64,000 nt of DNA. It comes from Podarcis erhardii (Eukaryota). The DNA lies in NCBI GenBank assembly GCA_964252035.1, contig OZ176201.1; one strand, 5' to 3'. A program made the translations under genes and the position numbers. The notes beneath the pieces are model-generated. The model saw nothing but the letters and a program-made list of their open reading frames with translations. It ran no database searches and had not been told where the DNA came from. Shown here piece after piece: positions 51,801-59,820 of this stretch (its first letter is position 1; each line of letters starts with the position of its first letter).

Positions 51801-54800
51801 GTGATCTGCGAGAGAGCCTGTTGGAAAGATACAGAAGACTTTGACAGCTGTCAAAATTAGCTGTCAGAGTTGGGGAATAAAAAGAAACATTGTTTTTGTT
51901 GCCTTTGCCGGTTGGATTTGCTACAATTTGGTTATAAACTGTCGAAAAACAATTTATTTTGATTTTGGGATTGGAATTAGAAGGATAGTAAGTATCCATA
52001 ATCCCTCTAGAGGGGGTTCTGGGACACTGCAAGAATGGCTGCAAGTGGAAAAATACTCATTGAGCTGAACAGGACTTTTTATCTCCTGGGAAAGCTTCAA
52101 GAACAGAGTGATATTTTGGCTACAGGGGTCATGGAACTGAATGAAACAGTAAATAATTTTACTGAAAATGGAAGGGACTTGACTCAAGTTTTTGTTCCTG
52201 AACCAAAAGCCCTTGTAGCGGAAACAAAAGTCTTTGCAGCTGAGCAGGAAAAGAAACTTGATAAATCTGAGAAAGCAGAACAAGAGATACATGATGATCT
52301 GGAGGGAAAGGAAGGAGGAGTTACAATGCTGCAGAAGGCTAAGGAAGGCCAGAGGCCTGGCAGGAAGGACATAAAGGAAAATAAGAACTGGATGATGAAG
52401 ACTTGGCCTGAATTGGAAAATGAAGAACGGAGAGACCTACCTAGATGGAGACCTGAAGACCTATGGATTACAAATTTGATTAAGATGGAAGTTGGAGCTT
52501 TTGGGACACTTAGATTCAAAAGGATTAAGAAACAAGATTTGAACTCCACTTTCGAATATAGAGGTCTGGTTAGAAGAAAAACAGACATTATCGAGACAGG
52601 GTTTCTCCGAGATTTGAGGTTTTACACAAAGGACTACCAAAAAAACTGGCAAAGAGGAACTGAGAGAGAATTGAGAGCCTCTGGTGTAAGGTCTCCGGGC
52701 TGAGAATAGATAGACTGATATATATTGGGGATTGAAACCGGGAAAGGGGGGGGGGAGTTTGGGAATCCAAAGGGTGTATAATCATATTTTGATTTCTTCT
52801 TTCTTCTATTTTGTTTTGTTATGAGGATAAAATGGGGAAACCGTGGAAGAGAACAGGGGTCGATGTTAGAAAAAGATTTTAAAGTATAAAGACTGAGGTG
52901 TATAAGGTAAAATTGGTCATATAATAAGGAACTAAATATAATAAGGAACTAAATATAATAAGGTTAAAAATTGGGGATAAGAACTTGTTGAATCAAACAT
53001 ATGGAATTGGAATACAAGAAGGGGAGGTGTGGGGAAGTCATGAAAGTATGTCATTGGAAATAAGGTTTAAAAGGTGGTTTATTTATTTTTTTTGCTCTTA
53101 TTTTGTATTTTTTGTATTTCTTGAAAGTTTTAATAAATATATCTTAAAAAAAAATAATCAACCAAACAGTTACCTTGTCCAGCCTACATTTTACTGCTTC
53201 TATACAGGAAATAATAACCAATAATAGCATAATTGATGCAACTCATGAATGCTAAATATGGAGATGTGTGATAGTAATGTGTTTGGGTTTGATTCAGCTG
53301 TTTTTCAGAAGCAGGGCTAATTTGCACGGTTTACCTTGGAAAAAATGTTGGGTGATATTTCAGAGTACATTTGGTTTGTCAGGTGACAGATCAACCCTAA
53401 TGGTAGACACACTGCTATGATTAGTACTAGATGATCGTTTCTTTCCATGTCTGTTGTGATAACTGTCTTCGTATGCAGGGAAAGTCCCTAACTCACTGAG
53501 GGTTTGAGACCCATCAACTTCCCTCACCTGGTTTAGCCAACTATTCGAAGCCATTACCAGGGTGTGGCCACAGCTGCATGCTGACAGCTTCCAGAAGCCA
53601 CAAGTGAGAGCTGAGTGCAGGGTGGGGCCCAGACATGGACAAACTACACTAGAAGGAGCACAATGTATTCCCCATCAGAGGTACTACCCCTTCCAGCAAT
53701 TCCTGAAGCCAAGCTGGTGCCAAACGTATTGCTCTGCATTCCTTTAGACTGCATCAGCAAGGCTGAAAGAGGGTCTTGTTGTCTGGGCAGCCCAGGACCT
53801 CCCTACACACTGCTCAGGCTTGCACTTTGGAGAGGTCACTTTGGTGCTGCTAACACAGCGGTTTTTCTTCATCCCAGAGGCATACTCCATTGCCTCTTGG
53901 CACTGACGGAATGCCAACAACAATGTCATAGCTGACAACACAGCTACAGATAATGAAAGGTCAGCTTCTCTATCTAACTTGTATGACAGGAGATGCAAAA
54001 TGGCCAGGCACAAGACAACCAGTTAGTGCCTTAAGTATACCAGGAAGGAGCACATTGTTAGGGTTGAGCAGAAGTGTTAGGAACTTAGGAACATTTAATA
54101 GTAGGCAAAGTGGTCTAAACCACTTGGGCTTGCCGTTCAGAAGGTCGGTGGTTCGGATCCCTGCGACGGGGTGAGCTCCCTTTGCTCAGTCCCTGCTCCT
54201 GCCAACCTAGCAGTACAAAAGCAAGTCAAAGTGCAAGTAGATTAATAGGTACCACTCCGGCGGAAAGGTAAACGGCGTTTCCGTGCGCTGCTCTGGTTTC
54301 GCCAGAAGCGGCTTAGTCATGCTGGCCACATGACCCGGAAAAACTGTCTGCGGACAAACGCCGGCTCCCTCGGCCTGTAAAGCAAGATGAGCGCAGCAAC
54401 CTCAGAGTCATTCATAACTAGACTTAACTGTCAGGGGTCCCTTTACCTTTATCTAAAGGGGAATTAAGCAAAAGCTTCTGTACTTGAGTAAGGATTAACT
54501 TAGAGAAGGAAGGGAAGAGGCAAAGAAAACATTCAAAGTTATGTTCTCATATGGTATCTGTGTAATGAAGCAAAGAGGTTTTGGTCATCGATATAGAATA
54601 TAACAGACAAAAATGACACTGCGACAATTTGGATTTTAGAATCCATTATATTTATACTAACTTGTACAGATGAGTCCATAGTCTTAATGCCATGTATCAT
54701 TGTAGCTGCGAGATTGTGTTATGCAGAATAGGTAGGGAAAGGTTTGTGGCAAAGTGGGCGACATAAATGTAGGAATATACTGTAATAAGAAGCTTAGGCA

Positions 54801-57800
54801 TTGCATAAGGGTGAAAGGAGGAGGCAAAAAATTAACAGATTTGTTCAGCATTGGAAAATGTTTCTTGATTAGTAGCCAAACCCCCCAGACACACCTTCTG
54901 GTTTTTCCTTGTGAATGTAAGGCTATGTTTTCAGAAGCATCTGCGTAGCTGCCTGCTTGAGCTTGGGATTAGCCAACAGCAGGATGGCACCCTGTGCAGG
55001 GGAGTACATTAGGATCACTGTTAGACACACTGAATAAACAAGGGTGATTCTTTCAATATTTTCAAGTACAATTATGGAATGTGCCACGTAAAAAAAAATG
55101 TAAAGGATCAGGAGGGAGAGCACTGTCCCAGCTGCCCTGACATGAGCTTTTGTTTGGAGGCTTTGAAGACTGGCTCCTTTACCTGTCATCTTGCAGACAT
55201 GTGTGTAGAGTGAGGCTACAATCACAATGGAGCACAATAAAACCACAAGAAGGGGACAGCCAGAAGCAGTCATTAAAAAAAAGCCTTGCAGAGAACGAGA
55301 AAGTTGGGTTGCTTTCTTTCCTTGAGTCACATTTGAAGTGTTGGTTGCTATGTTGCTCTGGAGCTGAAAAGAAATATGTGGGATTGTAATCAAGGAAACA
55401 AAAACCGAAAAGACTTGGGATCCCACAAGAAGCCAGGGCAGCAGCTGCGATATCCTCAGCTTGCACCAAAGGAAGAGGGTGTGGGTGCTGTTCACTATCT
55501 TGATGCAATAGAAGACGCAGAGCCAGGCAGTGAAACAAAATCGGGTGTATGAGACGAAGGTTGCAAAGAAGTAGAATATTTGAAACACTAAGCCGTTGCT
55601 TGAGTTGGTTATTAAGAAATTAGTAATGACTGCAATCTCACAGGCAGTGGCAAAGATATTGGACGTACCCAGAGAGAGAAGTAGTTGTTCACAAGTTGCA
55701 AGACTCTTGCATTGAGCCCATTCAGTGACCATCACTGCAACTATAAAACCGTTGGAGATGAGCCCACCTAGAACCCAGTCACTTGCAGCCACCAGAAATG
55801 CAATGATTTTGGAAGAAAGCATATTTCCAGATTCTTGCAGACTGCTGTACAGGTGGACTGACCAAAGTTCTTGAGTTCATGCAGCGCACAAGTGTGATGG
55901 TAGCAGATCAGCAGCATACTTTTTAATCCATTGGGAACTATGCAAATGAACTGAGCATCAAACTATGTAAATCAATGCGCTACCAAGTTCCACAAGGCTC
56001 TTATTTGGGAGAGTGGTGTTGATACAGACTGTATAGAAGGGCTTCCTGTCACACAACCTTTTGTGAATCAGGGATGTTGCTCCATTTTGGGAGTTATATG
56101 AATAAGAAAGCTTGCCACTGGCATCCACTGCAGTGGCCCAGATGTTTCTCTGCAGGGAAAAAGTGTTAGGAGATGGGGAAATGGCCCTTGAAGCAAGGAA
56201 GGAACATCAATAAATGGAATTGGAAGATACTCGTCGTCTTGCTTATACTCAGACCCCCTTAGTTTTGGTTCTCATGACTTTTTAGCCTATTACCGGTACA
56301 GTTTACTATTTTTTGGTGGCTGCTTATTTCTCTGACCCCAATCCAGCTGTTGACATCAATCTGTCGTTTTTCTTCTTTTTGAACAGATACACAATTCAAT
56401 GGCGCAGTATCAAACTTCAGCAAGTGACAGCAATGGAGTTAGCTCAGAGATCATTTTTCCATTGCACATGCTGCAGTTGCTGCTCTGCTTAAATCAGCTC
56501 CAGCTCTGCACTGACACACAGTATACTCATAATGTAGAACCAGTTTTTAATACTGTCAAATGCTTCTGTTTCTTCTATTTAGTGCAGCCAAAGGACTTCA
56601 TTGCCTGTGCCATTCAAAGTAATGTTTTCGATTGTACTCAAGGGTGTTGTTGCCATGCTAAACCTCTGAACCTTTTAAATATATATCTGCATTAAGGGAC
56701 ATAAACAGCCCAAGCTATACATCCTTGAAATTCAATCATACTATATTCAATGGGCTTACTCTATGTACAGTGTGCATATGATTACAACCTTAAATTATAG
56801 GTTTATTTGTTAAATAATTATAGGTTTTTGTTTCCTTAGTGTATTAAAAGCACACAGATTTGTTCGTTACTGTTTTCCAGGATGGAAAAAGATTTAGTGT
56901 CTTTTACTAAGTCTAGTGGTAACTATTTCTCTTTTCTTGCATCACTATACAGTGGTACCTTGGGTTACAGATACTTCAGGTTACAGACGCTTCAGGTTAC
57001 AGACGCTTCAGGTTACAGACTCTGCTAACCCAGAAATAGTACCTCGGGTTAAGAACTTTGCTTCAGGATGAGAACAGAAATTGTGCGGTGGCGGCATGGA
57101 GGCAGCAGGAGGCCCCATTAGCTAAAGTGGTACCTCAGGTGAAGAACAGTTTCAGGTTAAGAACGGACCTCCAGAACGAATTAAGTTCTTAACCCAAGGT
57201 ACCACTGTAATTGCAGCTGAGGATCAAATAGGCATAGGACAAAATCTTTTATTAGAGTCATGAAACATCTAATTCTTGCATTGCTTTTTTGCTTCATTTG
57301 CCCCTTGGGATGTGGATAACAACCTACCTAAAGGGTGGGCAGGGGAGCAAAAAATGCAAACTAGCATGTAATAAATGTGTTGTGCTTAGAACACACGGGA
57401 AATGCAATAGCACCATGTTGTCGTGCGACCTTGTTGTACATAAATCAAACTATTCAAAGTAGACAAGAGCACAGTATGATCAGAAATGTCTAACTCCAAT
57501 AAATAACAACCAACCACATGTTCCTACGAGTCAACAGACAGCACATAAAAGTGATTGCCTACCCATTCTTTCCACCTGCAGCATGCTGAGTCTGTTTCTT
57601 TCCACATGAAGGCTCCATTTAGCTATTCTGATGAATAGCCATTGATAGACCTGTCCTTCATGGTGCATCTAATCCTCTCCTAAGATCTAGGGGGGACAGC
57701 AGGTGGCTTTGAGGATGGAGCAGGTCATGGCAGACTTCAGAGGGAGATGAGGCTGTGATGGAGACAGGCCTTAGTGTCCTTACAAAGAAGGAGATGGGAC

Positions 57801-58036
57801 TGAAGGGAGTACATAGAAGCTATAGATGAGAGTCTTTGCTCATCGTAGTCCACAGGAACTTCTAAAATATAATTTTTTGTTGTTACCTTTGCAGGCTGTT
57901 GTGGTACCCAGAAGAGAATCATGCTGTAAGTGGAATGGAGGCTGAAGCAGATGTCTTTATGAACAGTGCACAGTGGATTATGCATTACCTTTCTAAGGAA
58001 GCAGACCCTGAAAGTCAGCAGCCAGCTGAGAAATAA
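9634..58036 (+). CDS. APEH-like paralog (acylamino-acid-releasing enzyme-like, S9 peptidase with beta-propeller), 22 exons, 739 aa
   Basis: Exons: 9634-9666, 9768-9900, 12892-13018, 13831-13918, 14751-14826, 15967-16103, 17035-17172, 18048-18139, 18760-18800, 19865-19986, 20366-20426, 20723-20817, 22311-22362, 23868-23956, 25486-25621, 26400-26486, 26807-26887, 27848-27936, 28726-28916, 29182-29284, 29804-29910, 57895-58036. All are AG/GT bounded with compatible phases and sum to 2220 nt. Exon sizes mirror the upstream APEH copy (61, 52, 89, 81, 89, 191, 103, 107). Motifs HGGPH, VNYRGS, GGSHGG, AKDRRV, YPEENH. Exon 1 is the least certain. Confidence 0.88.
10438..10548 (-). mobile_element. Short Penelope-like-element-derived insertion with minimal hammerhead ribozyme (10486-10523, minus)
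   Basis: 12-bp TSD catttgaactat (10426-10437 / 10549-10560); minus strand reads GTAT CTGAAGA A GTGTG CATG CACAC GAAA GC TC ATAC. Confidence 0.7.
12305..12615. mobile_element. Penelope-like-derived insertion with direct plus inverted pLTR units and hammerhead motifs
   Basis: 15-bp TSD acaagattaattctg (12290-12304 / 12616-12630). Two direct ~95-bp units followed by an inverted unit; complete hammerhead motifs at 12358-12395 (-) and 12484-12521 (+). Confidence 0.75.
16180..16570 (-). mobile_element. CR1 LINE 3' fragment
   Basis: Minus-strand peptide [32 protein letters not shown], a CR1 ORF2 C-terminus. Confidence 0.8.
16570..16960 (+). mobile_element. L2-type LINE 3' fragment with (TTA)n
   Basis: gagggccttctcggtagtggcaccc..tggaatgccctccc..gtcaaggaaataaacaac..., ending gggcgggggtataaataataaa. 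Confidence 0.6.
19245..19570. mobile_element. hAT-type MITE
   Basis: Imperfect terminal inverted repeats catggccggattta ... taaatctggcactg and internal ggccctaagcta repeats. Confidence 0.5.
20974..21010. repeat. (GT)n microsatellite
   Basis: Pure GT run. Confidence 0.95.
21555..21793. mobile_element. Tc1/mariner MITE
   Basis: TA|cagtcataccttggttctc ... gaaccaagtttccactg|TA; TA target duplication. Confidence 0.7.
23270..23560 (-). mobile_element. RTE-clade LINE 3' end with (GAA)n tail
   Basis: (CTT)n at ~23270-23328 followed by sequence homologous to 8060-8290. Confidence 0.6.
23577..23684. repeat. Two-copy 54-bp tandem duplication
   Basis: taccagttgtcggtgtttatactacagttttttagatttgcctacctacctacc repeated twice. 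Confidence 0.9.
24717..24968 (+). mobile_element. tRNA-derived squamate SINE (Squam3-like)
   Basis: gagagccagtgtggtgtagtggttaagagc (A box) ... gggttcg (B box), (CTT)n tail; near-identical to 31949-32217. Confidence 0.85.
26098..26233. mobile_element. hAT MITE
   Basis: TIR caggcatccccaaact / agtttgggggtgcctg; 8-bp TSD tcttaagg (26090-26097 / 26234-26241). Confidence 0.85.
31949..32217 (+). mobile_element. tRNA-derived squamate SINE (Squam3-like)
   Basis: Second copy of 24717-24968. Confidence 0.85.
33640..33863. mobile_element. Tc1/mariner MITE
   Basis: TA|cagtggtacctcgggtta ... ttaacccgaggtaccactg|TA; same family at 40759 and 56950. Confidence 0.85.
34200..34977 (-). mobile_element. L1-clade LINE ORF2 3' fragment
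   Basis: Minus-strand peptides [54 protein letters not shown] and [10 protein letters not shown]. Confidence 0.7.
34987..35344 (-). mobile_element. Sauria SINE (Squam1-like)
   Basis: Full-length homolog of 39220-39549 and 54095-54392; 9-bp TSD tactcttaa (34978-34986 / 35345-35353). Confidence 0.85.
35411..35466. repeat. Compound (TC)n(AC)n microsatellite
   Basis: Visible directly. Confidence 0.9.
35761..36234 (-). mobile_element. Possible solo LTR
   Basis: TG...CA ends (tgtggcg / tgtcaca), internal minus-strand AATAAA near 35910; no clear TSD. Confidence 0.4.
37005..37916 (-). CDS. Bitter taste receptor TAS2R family member (303 aa, intronless, intact)
   Basis: Seven hydrophobic segments with TAS2R motifs: FYCIKI (TM3), [14 protein letters not shown] (TM5), [20 protein letters not shown] (TM7). 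N-glycosylation sequons in ECL2 (NIS, NTT, NIT, NMT). Confidence 0.95.
   Translation of the reverse strand: MPSSQIIAFLVVVIDMALCGFISNSFITAVMVAEWAKCRTLDAKEQLLLSMGTSSICVTVLMIPAIITYYLKLEFNHITMRMIHVFLASVIFFRYWLLAWFCVFYCIKIVNSTHSLFLWCKLRISHLVPSLLAVSLAASLLFSAYAFHNISVQHQNTTTANITNMTQGYSWIETGSSLQLFFLITGSSCPLLVTLLCSTMVVASLCRHICNMTGKGTSFRSRQTAAHIKAAGTVLSFLIIYVTFYMAHLLLIFQYYEKSEQRFGSIMCSVVQLMCPSAHGILLVFVNPKLKQAATQILSGAKP
37920..38290 (-). promoter_or_regulatory. Conserved TAS2R proximal upstream module with octamer (38039-38046) and TATA-like TTAAAAA (38019-38025)
   Basis: About 350 bp homologous to 55825-56190 and 60660-61010, each directly 5' of a TAS2R start codon. Confidence 0.65.
39220..39549 (-). 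mobile_element. Sauria SINE, 5'-truncated, flanked by a 90-bp direct repeat
   Basis: Homolog of 34987-35344; flanks 39130-39219 and 39550-39639 differ at 3 positions. Confidence 0.85.
40041..40261. mobile_element. Penelope-like-derived palindromic insertion with hammerhead (40171-40208, +)
   Basis: 12-bp TSD tatgaaaataat (40029-40040 / 40262-40273); ~86-bp perfect inverted arms around a 4-nt spacer. Confidence 0.75.
40275..41250 (+). mobile_element. Degenerate RTE-like LINE reverse-transcriptase fragment, interrupted by a mariner MITE (40759-40989)
   Basis: Peptide remnants [20 protein letters not shown] and [10 protein letters not shown]; the MITE has cagtggtacctc TIRs and TA ends. Confidence 0.55.
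41250..41440 (+). mobile_element. CR1 3' end
   Basis: ...ggactcgatggcccttgtggtctattccaactctatgattctattctatgattctatg tail. Confidence 0.7.
41441..42098 (+). mobile_element. L1-clade LINE 3' end with poly(A)
   Basis: Peptide [39 protein letters not shown]; aataaa and A tail at ~42068-42097. Confidence 0.6.
42271..42562. mobile_element. Tc1/mariner MITE
   Basis: TA|cagtggtgccccgcaagac ... gtcttgcgaggcgccactg|TA; internal gcaagacgaaa repeats. Confidence 0.85.
42590..44648 (+). mobile_element. L1-derived single-ORF (HAL1-like) retroelement; ORF 43379-44041 (220 aa)
   Basis: 17-bp TSD gagaacacccagaagtg (42573-42589 / 44649-44665); GC-rich 5' UTR starting ggacttccgggttagcgccatc; L1-like 3' UTR; aataaa followed by a poly(G) tail. 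Confidence 0.75.
44695..45756 (+). mobile_element. RTE-BovB LINE 3' portion (RT fragment, ORF 44717-45397)
   Basis: [32 protein letters not shown]; 3' end gaagagtcggacatgactaaacgactaaacaac; internal deletion near 45348. Confidence 0.9.
45786..45827. repeat. (GAAA)n microsatellite
   Basis: Visible directly. Confidence 0.9.
46080..46495 (-). pseudogene. Truncated, highly decayed TAS2R relic (TM1-TM3 region)
   Basis: Minus-strand translation gives [33 protein letters not shown] and [22 protein letters not shown] match tgttcac(g)tatcttgat.caa.agaaga.gcagagc to both intact TAS2Rs. Contains stops and frameshifts. Confidence 0.75.
46532..48670 (-). mobile_element. L1-derived single-ORF (HAL1-like) retroelement; ORF 47142-47705 (187 aa)
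   Basis: 21-bp TSD cttttcagccactggttctgg (46511-46531 / 48671-48691); 5' UTR homologous to 42590 and 51226; A tail. Confidence 0.75.
50118..50290 (+). pseudogene. Decayed duplicate of APEH-like exon 19
   Basis: Matches 28790-28926: ggaaggttctcgtggtgacttt vs ggagggtctcatggtggcttt; ccctgtcatcaacatggccact.tactgggg near-identical ([10 protein letters not shown]); donor context actggtaaggaactt identical. Confidence 0.8.
50340..51150 (-). mobile_element. CR1 LINE RT / 3' fragment
   Basis: [22 protein letters not shown]; KF(T)GDTKLGG; [11 protein letters not shown]; [16 protein letters not shown]. Confidence 0.9.
51226..53155 (+). mobile_element. L1-derived single-ORF (HAL1-like) retroelement; ORF 52035-52703 (222 aa)
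   Basis: 14-bp TSD with one mismatch, aatcaacc(c/a)aacag (51212-51225 / 53156-53169); ORF shares [15 protein letters not shown] with 43379-44041; poly(A) tail. Confidence 0.75.
53430..54010 (-). mobile_element. Probable LINE (RTE-like) 5' fragment
   Basis: Recognition of a recurrent lizard repeat (ccctggtaatggcttc...caaaccctcagtgagttagggactttccctgca); not verified. Confidence 0.35.
54095..54392 (+). mobile_element. Sauria SINE
   Basis: B box ggttcggatccc; reverse complement of the 34987-35344 family; (accttt)n tail. Confidence 0.8.
54923..55822 (-). CDS. Bitter taste receptor TAS2R family member (299 aa, intronless, intact)
   Basis: Paralog of 37005-37916: [51 protein letters not shown]2 sequons NTS, NVT. 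Confidence 0.95.
   Translation of the reverse strand: MLSSKIIAFLVAASDWVLGGLISNGFIVAVMVTEWAQCKSLATCEQLLLSLGTSNIFATACEIAVITNFLITNSSNGLVFQIFYFFATFVSYTRFCFTAWLCVFYCIKIVNSTHTLFLWCKLRISQLLPWLLVGSQVFSVFVSLITIPHISFQLQSNIATNTSNVTQGKKATQLSRSLQGFFLMTASGCPLLVVLLCSIVIVASLYTHVCKMTGKGASLQSLQTKAHVRAAGTVLSLLILYIFFYVAHSIIVLENIERITLVYSVCLTVILMYSPAQGAILLLANPKLKQAATQMLLKT
55825..56190 (-). promoter_or_regulatory. Conserved TAS2R proximal upstream module with octamer (55940-55947) and TATA-like element (55920-55926)
   Basis: Homologous to 37920-38290; contains gggaactATGCAAATgaac. Confidence 0.65.
56950..57207. mobile_element. Tc1/mariner MITE inserted in the distal TAS2R upstream module
   Basis: TA|cagtggtacct ... 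aggtaccactg|TA. Confidence 0.85.
57895..58036 (+). CDS. Terminal exon (22) of the APEH-like gene carrying the catalytic His
   Basis: Acceptor gttacctttgcag|G; reads (Q)[46 protein letters not shown]. Homologous to APEH exon 6627-6729 ([27 protein letters not shown]). Phase matches exon 21 (CA|G). Too short to appear in the ORF track. Confidence 0.88.
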
Positions 58037-58114
58037 AGGATCTCAAATATTAAAAAGCAGCCAGCCTGTGGAGATACACATCATGCCACATGAAGATTGC
58101 CAGATAGAATAGAT

Positions 58115-58369
58115 CAGGGGTCAGCAAACTTTTTCAGCAGGGGGCCAGTCTACTGTCCCTCAGACCTTGGGGGGGGGGCAAACTATATTTTGGAAAAAAG
58201 GGGGGGGGGACGAATTCCTATGCCCCACAAATAACCCAGAGATGCATTTTAAATAAAAGCATACATTCTACTCATGTAAAAACATGCTGATTCCCAGACC
58301 ATCCGCAGGCCAGATTTAGAAGGCTATTGGGCCGGATCCGGGCCCCGGGCCTTAGCTTGCCTACCCATG
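58115..58369. mobile_element. hAT MITE
   Basis: 8-bp TSD gaatagat (58107-58114 / 58370-58377); ends caggggtcagcaaact / agcttgcctacccatg. Confidence 0.8.
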
Positions 58370-59820
58370 GAATAGATCTAGCCTTTGTATCCCTGACAGG
58401 AATCCCTTTCCTCTTTCAGTGTATTCTTAAAAGATGTGCTGCTGGTGCCTTGGAAGCAGCCTTGTACAGAGTCAAACCTTTGATCCCTGCAGCCCAGTAC
58501 TGTCTATGTCGACAGAGAGCTGCTCCCCAGGATGTCAGATATCTGAAGATGCTGAGGATTCAGGCTGGGACCTTCTGCTTGGGCAGATGTTCCAACACTG
58601 TGCCACGATGCAGGTCCTTTTCAGAAAATCTGCAGCAAACAGTCAACTGTCTAATTGAACTTAACTCTTGTAGCAAAGCTGACGTCTTAAGAATTTGTAT
58701 TGCTGCTTATAACTACAAGGCTTTGTGGATAGTTCTTTCTTATTTATTTACAGGACGCCAGATCTTGGAATAATAGGTGCTAAAATTTAAAAAAAAACCC
58801 CTCAACCTTCTTGTTTTTATTGTTATATCTACTAAGCTATACATTACCAAACTGGTCCCTGAGGGAATTAAATGTCATATAAGATTATAGCTTCAAGACT
58901 GTGGTATGCAAAATATGTGGGAAACACTGATATACCAACAACAACTATGTCACAGTGAGAACCCTAAATGTAGGAATATACAACAATGGCAAAGCTTATG
59001 AGTTTTATAAGGATGAAAGAAGGAAGGGCAAAAATTAACAGGTTTTTCCCCTAAGATTGGAAAATGTTTGTTGATTATTGGCATAATAAAGCACTTACTT
59101 CAGGAGATAATAACACTTTTATTTGACAAGATAAAAGAACAACAAATAGGTTTAAAAGCTAACAGATTTAAGTATGTTATGTTATCCTGAGTGGCAAGTA
59201 CATATATAAATATTTTGGGTGTGGTGATTGTAAAATGTGAGGTTAGAGGGAAATGAAACGTGCAAAACCTCCGACAATGAGAATTACGTATTTAGCAGTT
59301 GTAGTTCACAAAACAGTTTTTGATGTCCCAGATATTGTTGCATTGGTAAATAAATACAATGTGCTAAGAATTTTCTTTTGCTGTTCCGTCAACAAATATT
59401 GCAGTGAAAACTCTTGATGTGTATTGTAACTTAGTGGATTCACATTGTAGTGTACAGTGTACCAGACAGTTAAAATGCATATTGCCATTTCTGATGTCCG
59501 ATTTTTGTCCATTTCTTATTTTGCATAGAGATTGCCCTGTGTAAAATGCAGAAGGGCATAACTGGCAGATGGCATATATCACATGAAGAGGAGAATCAAT
59601 CCCTTATGTTGCTGATGGCATTATCAGGCCCGGGAAAGGCACTACACTCTAGTTTGGCCCTAAGAATTTTCTTAAATAATCCTTGTTATTGGTATTTTTC
59701 AGCACAGGAATAAGAAACCTGTGTGCCTAACAGAACAACACGGGGGGGGGGGGACACCCCAAACCAATAACTTAAACACAATGCTCTCTGTGTGGCCAGT
59801 GTCAATGTCCTTAAGAATTG

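Noticed and set aside
53400-53520. Possible relic of APEH-like exon 20 after the exon-19 relic
   Set aside because: Only scattered 6-8-nt matches, and the region appears to belong to a LINE fragment.
37406-55538. Short ORFs overlapping the TAS2R genes in other frames or on the other strand
   Set aside because: Shadow frames of the TAS2R coding sequences; their mutual similarity only reflects TAS2R paralogy.
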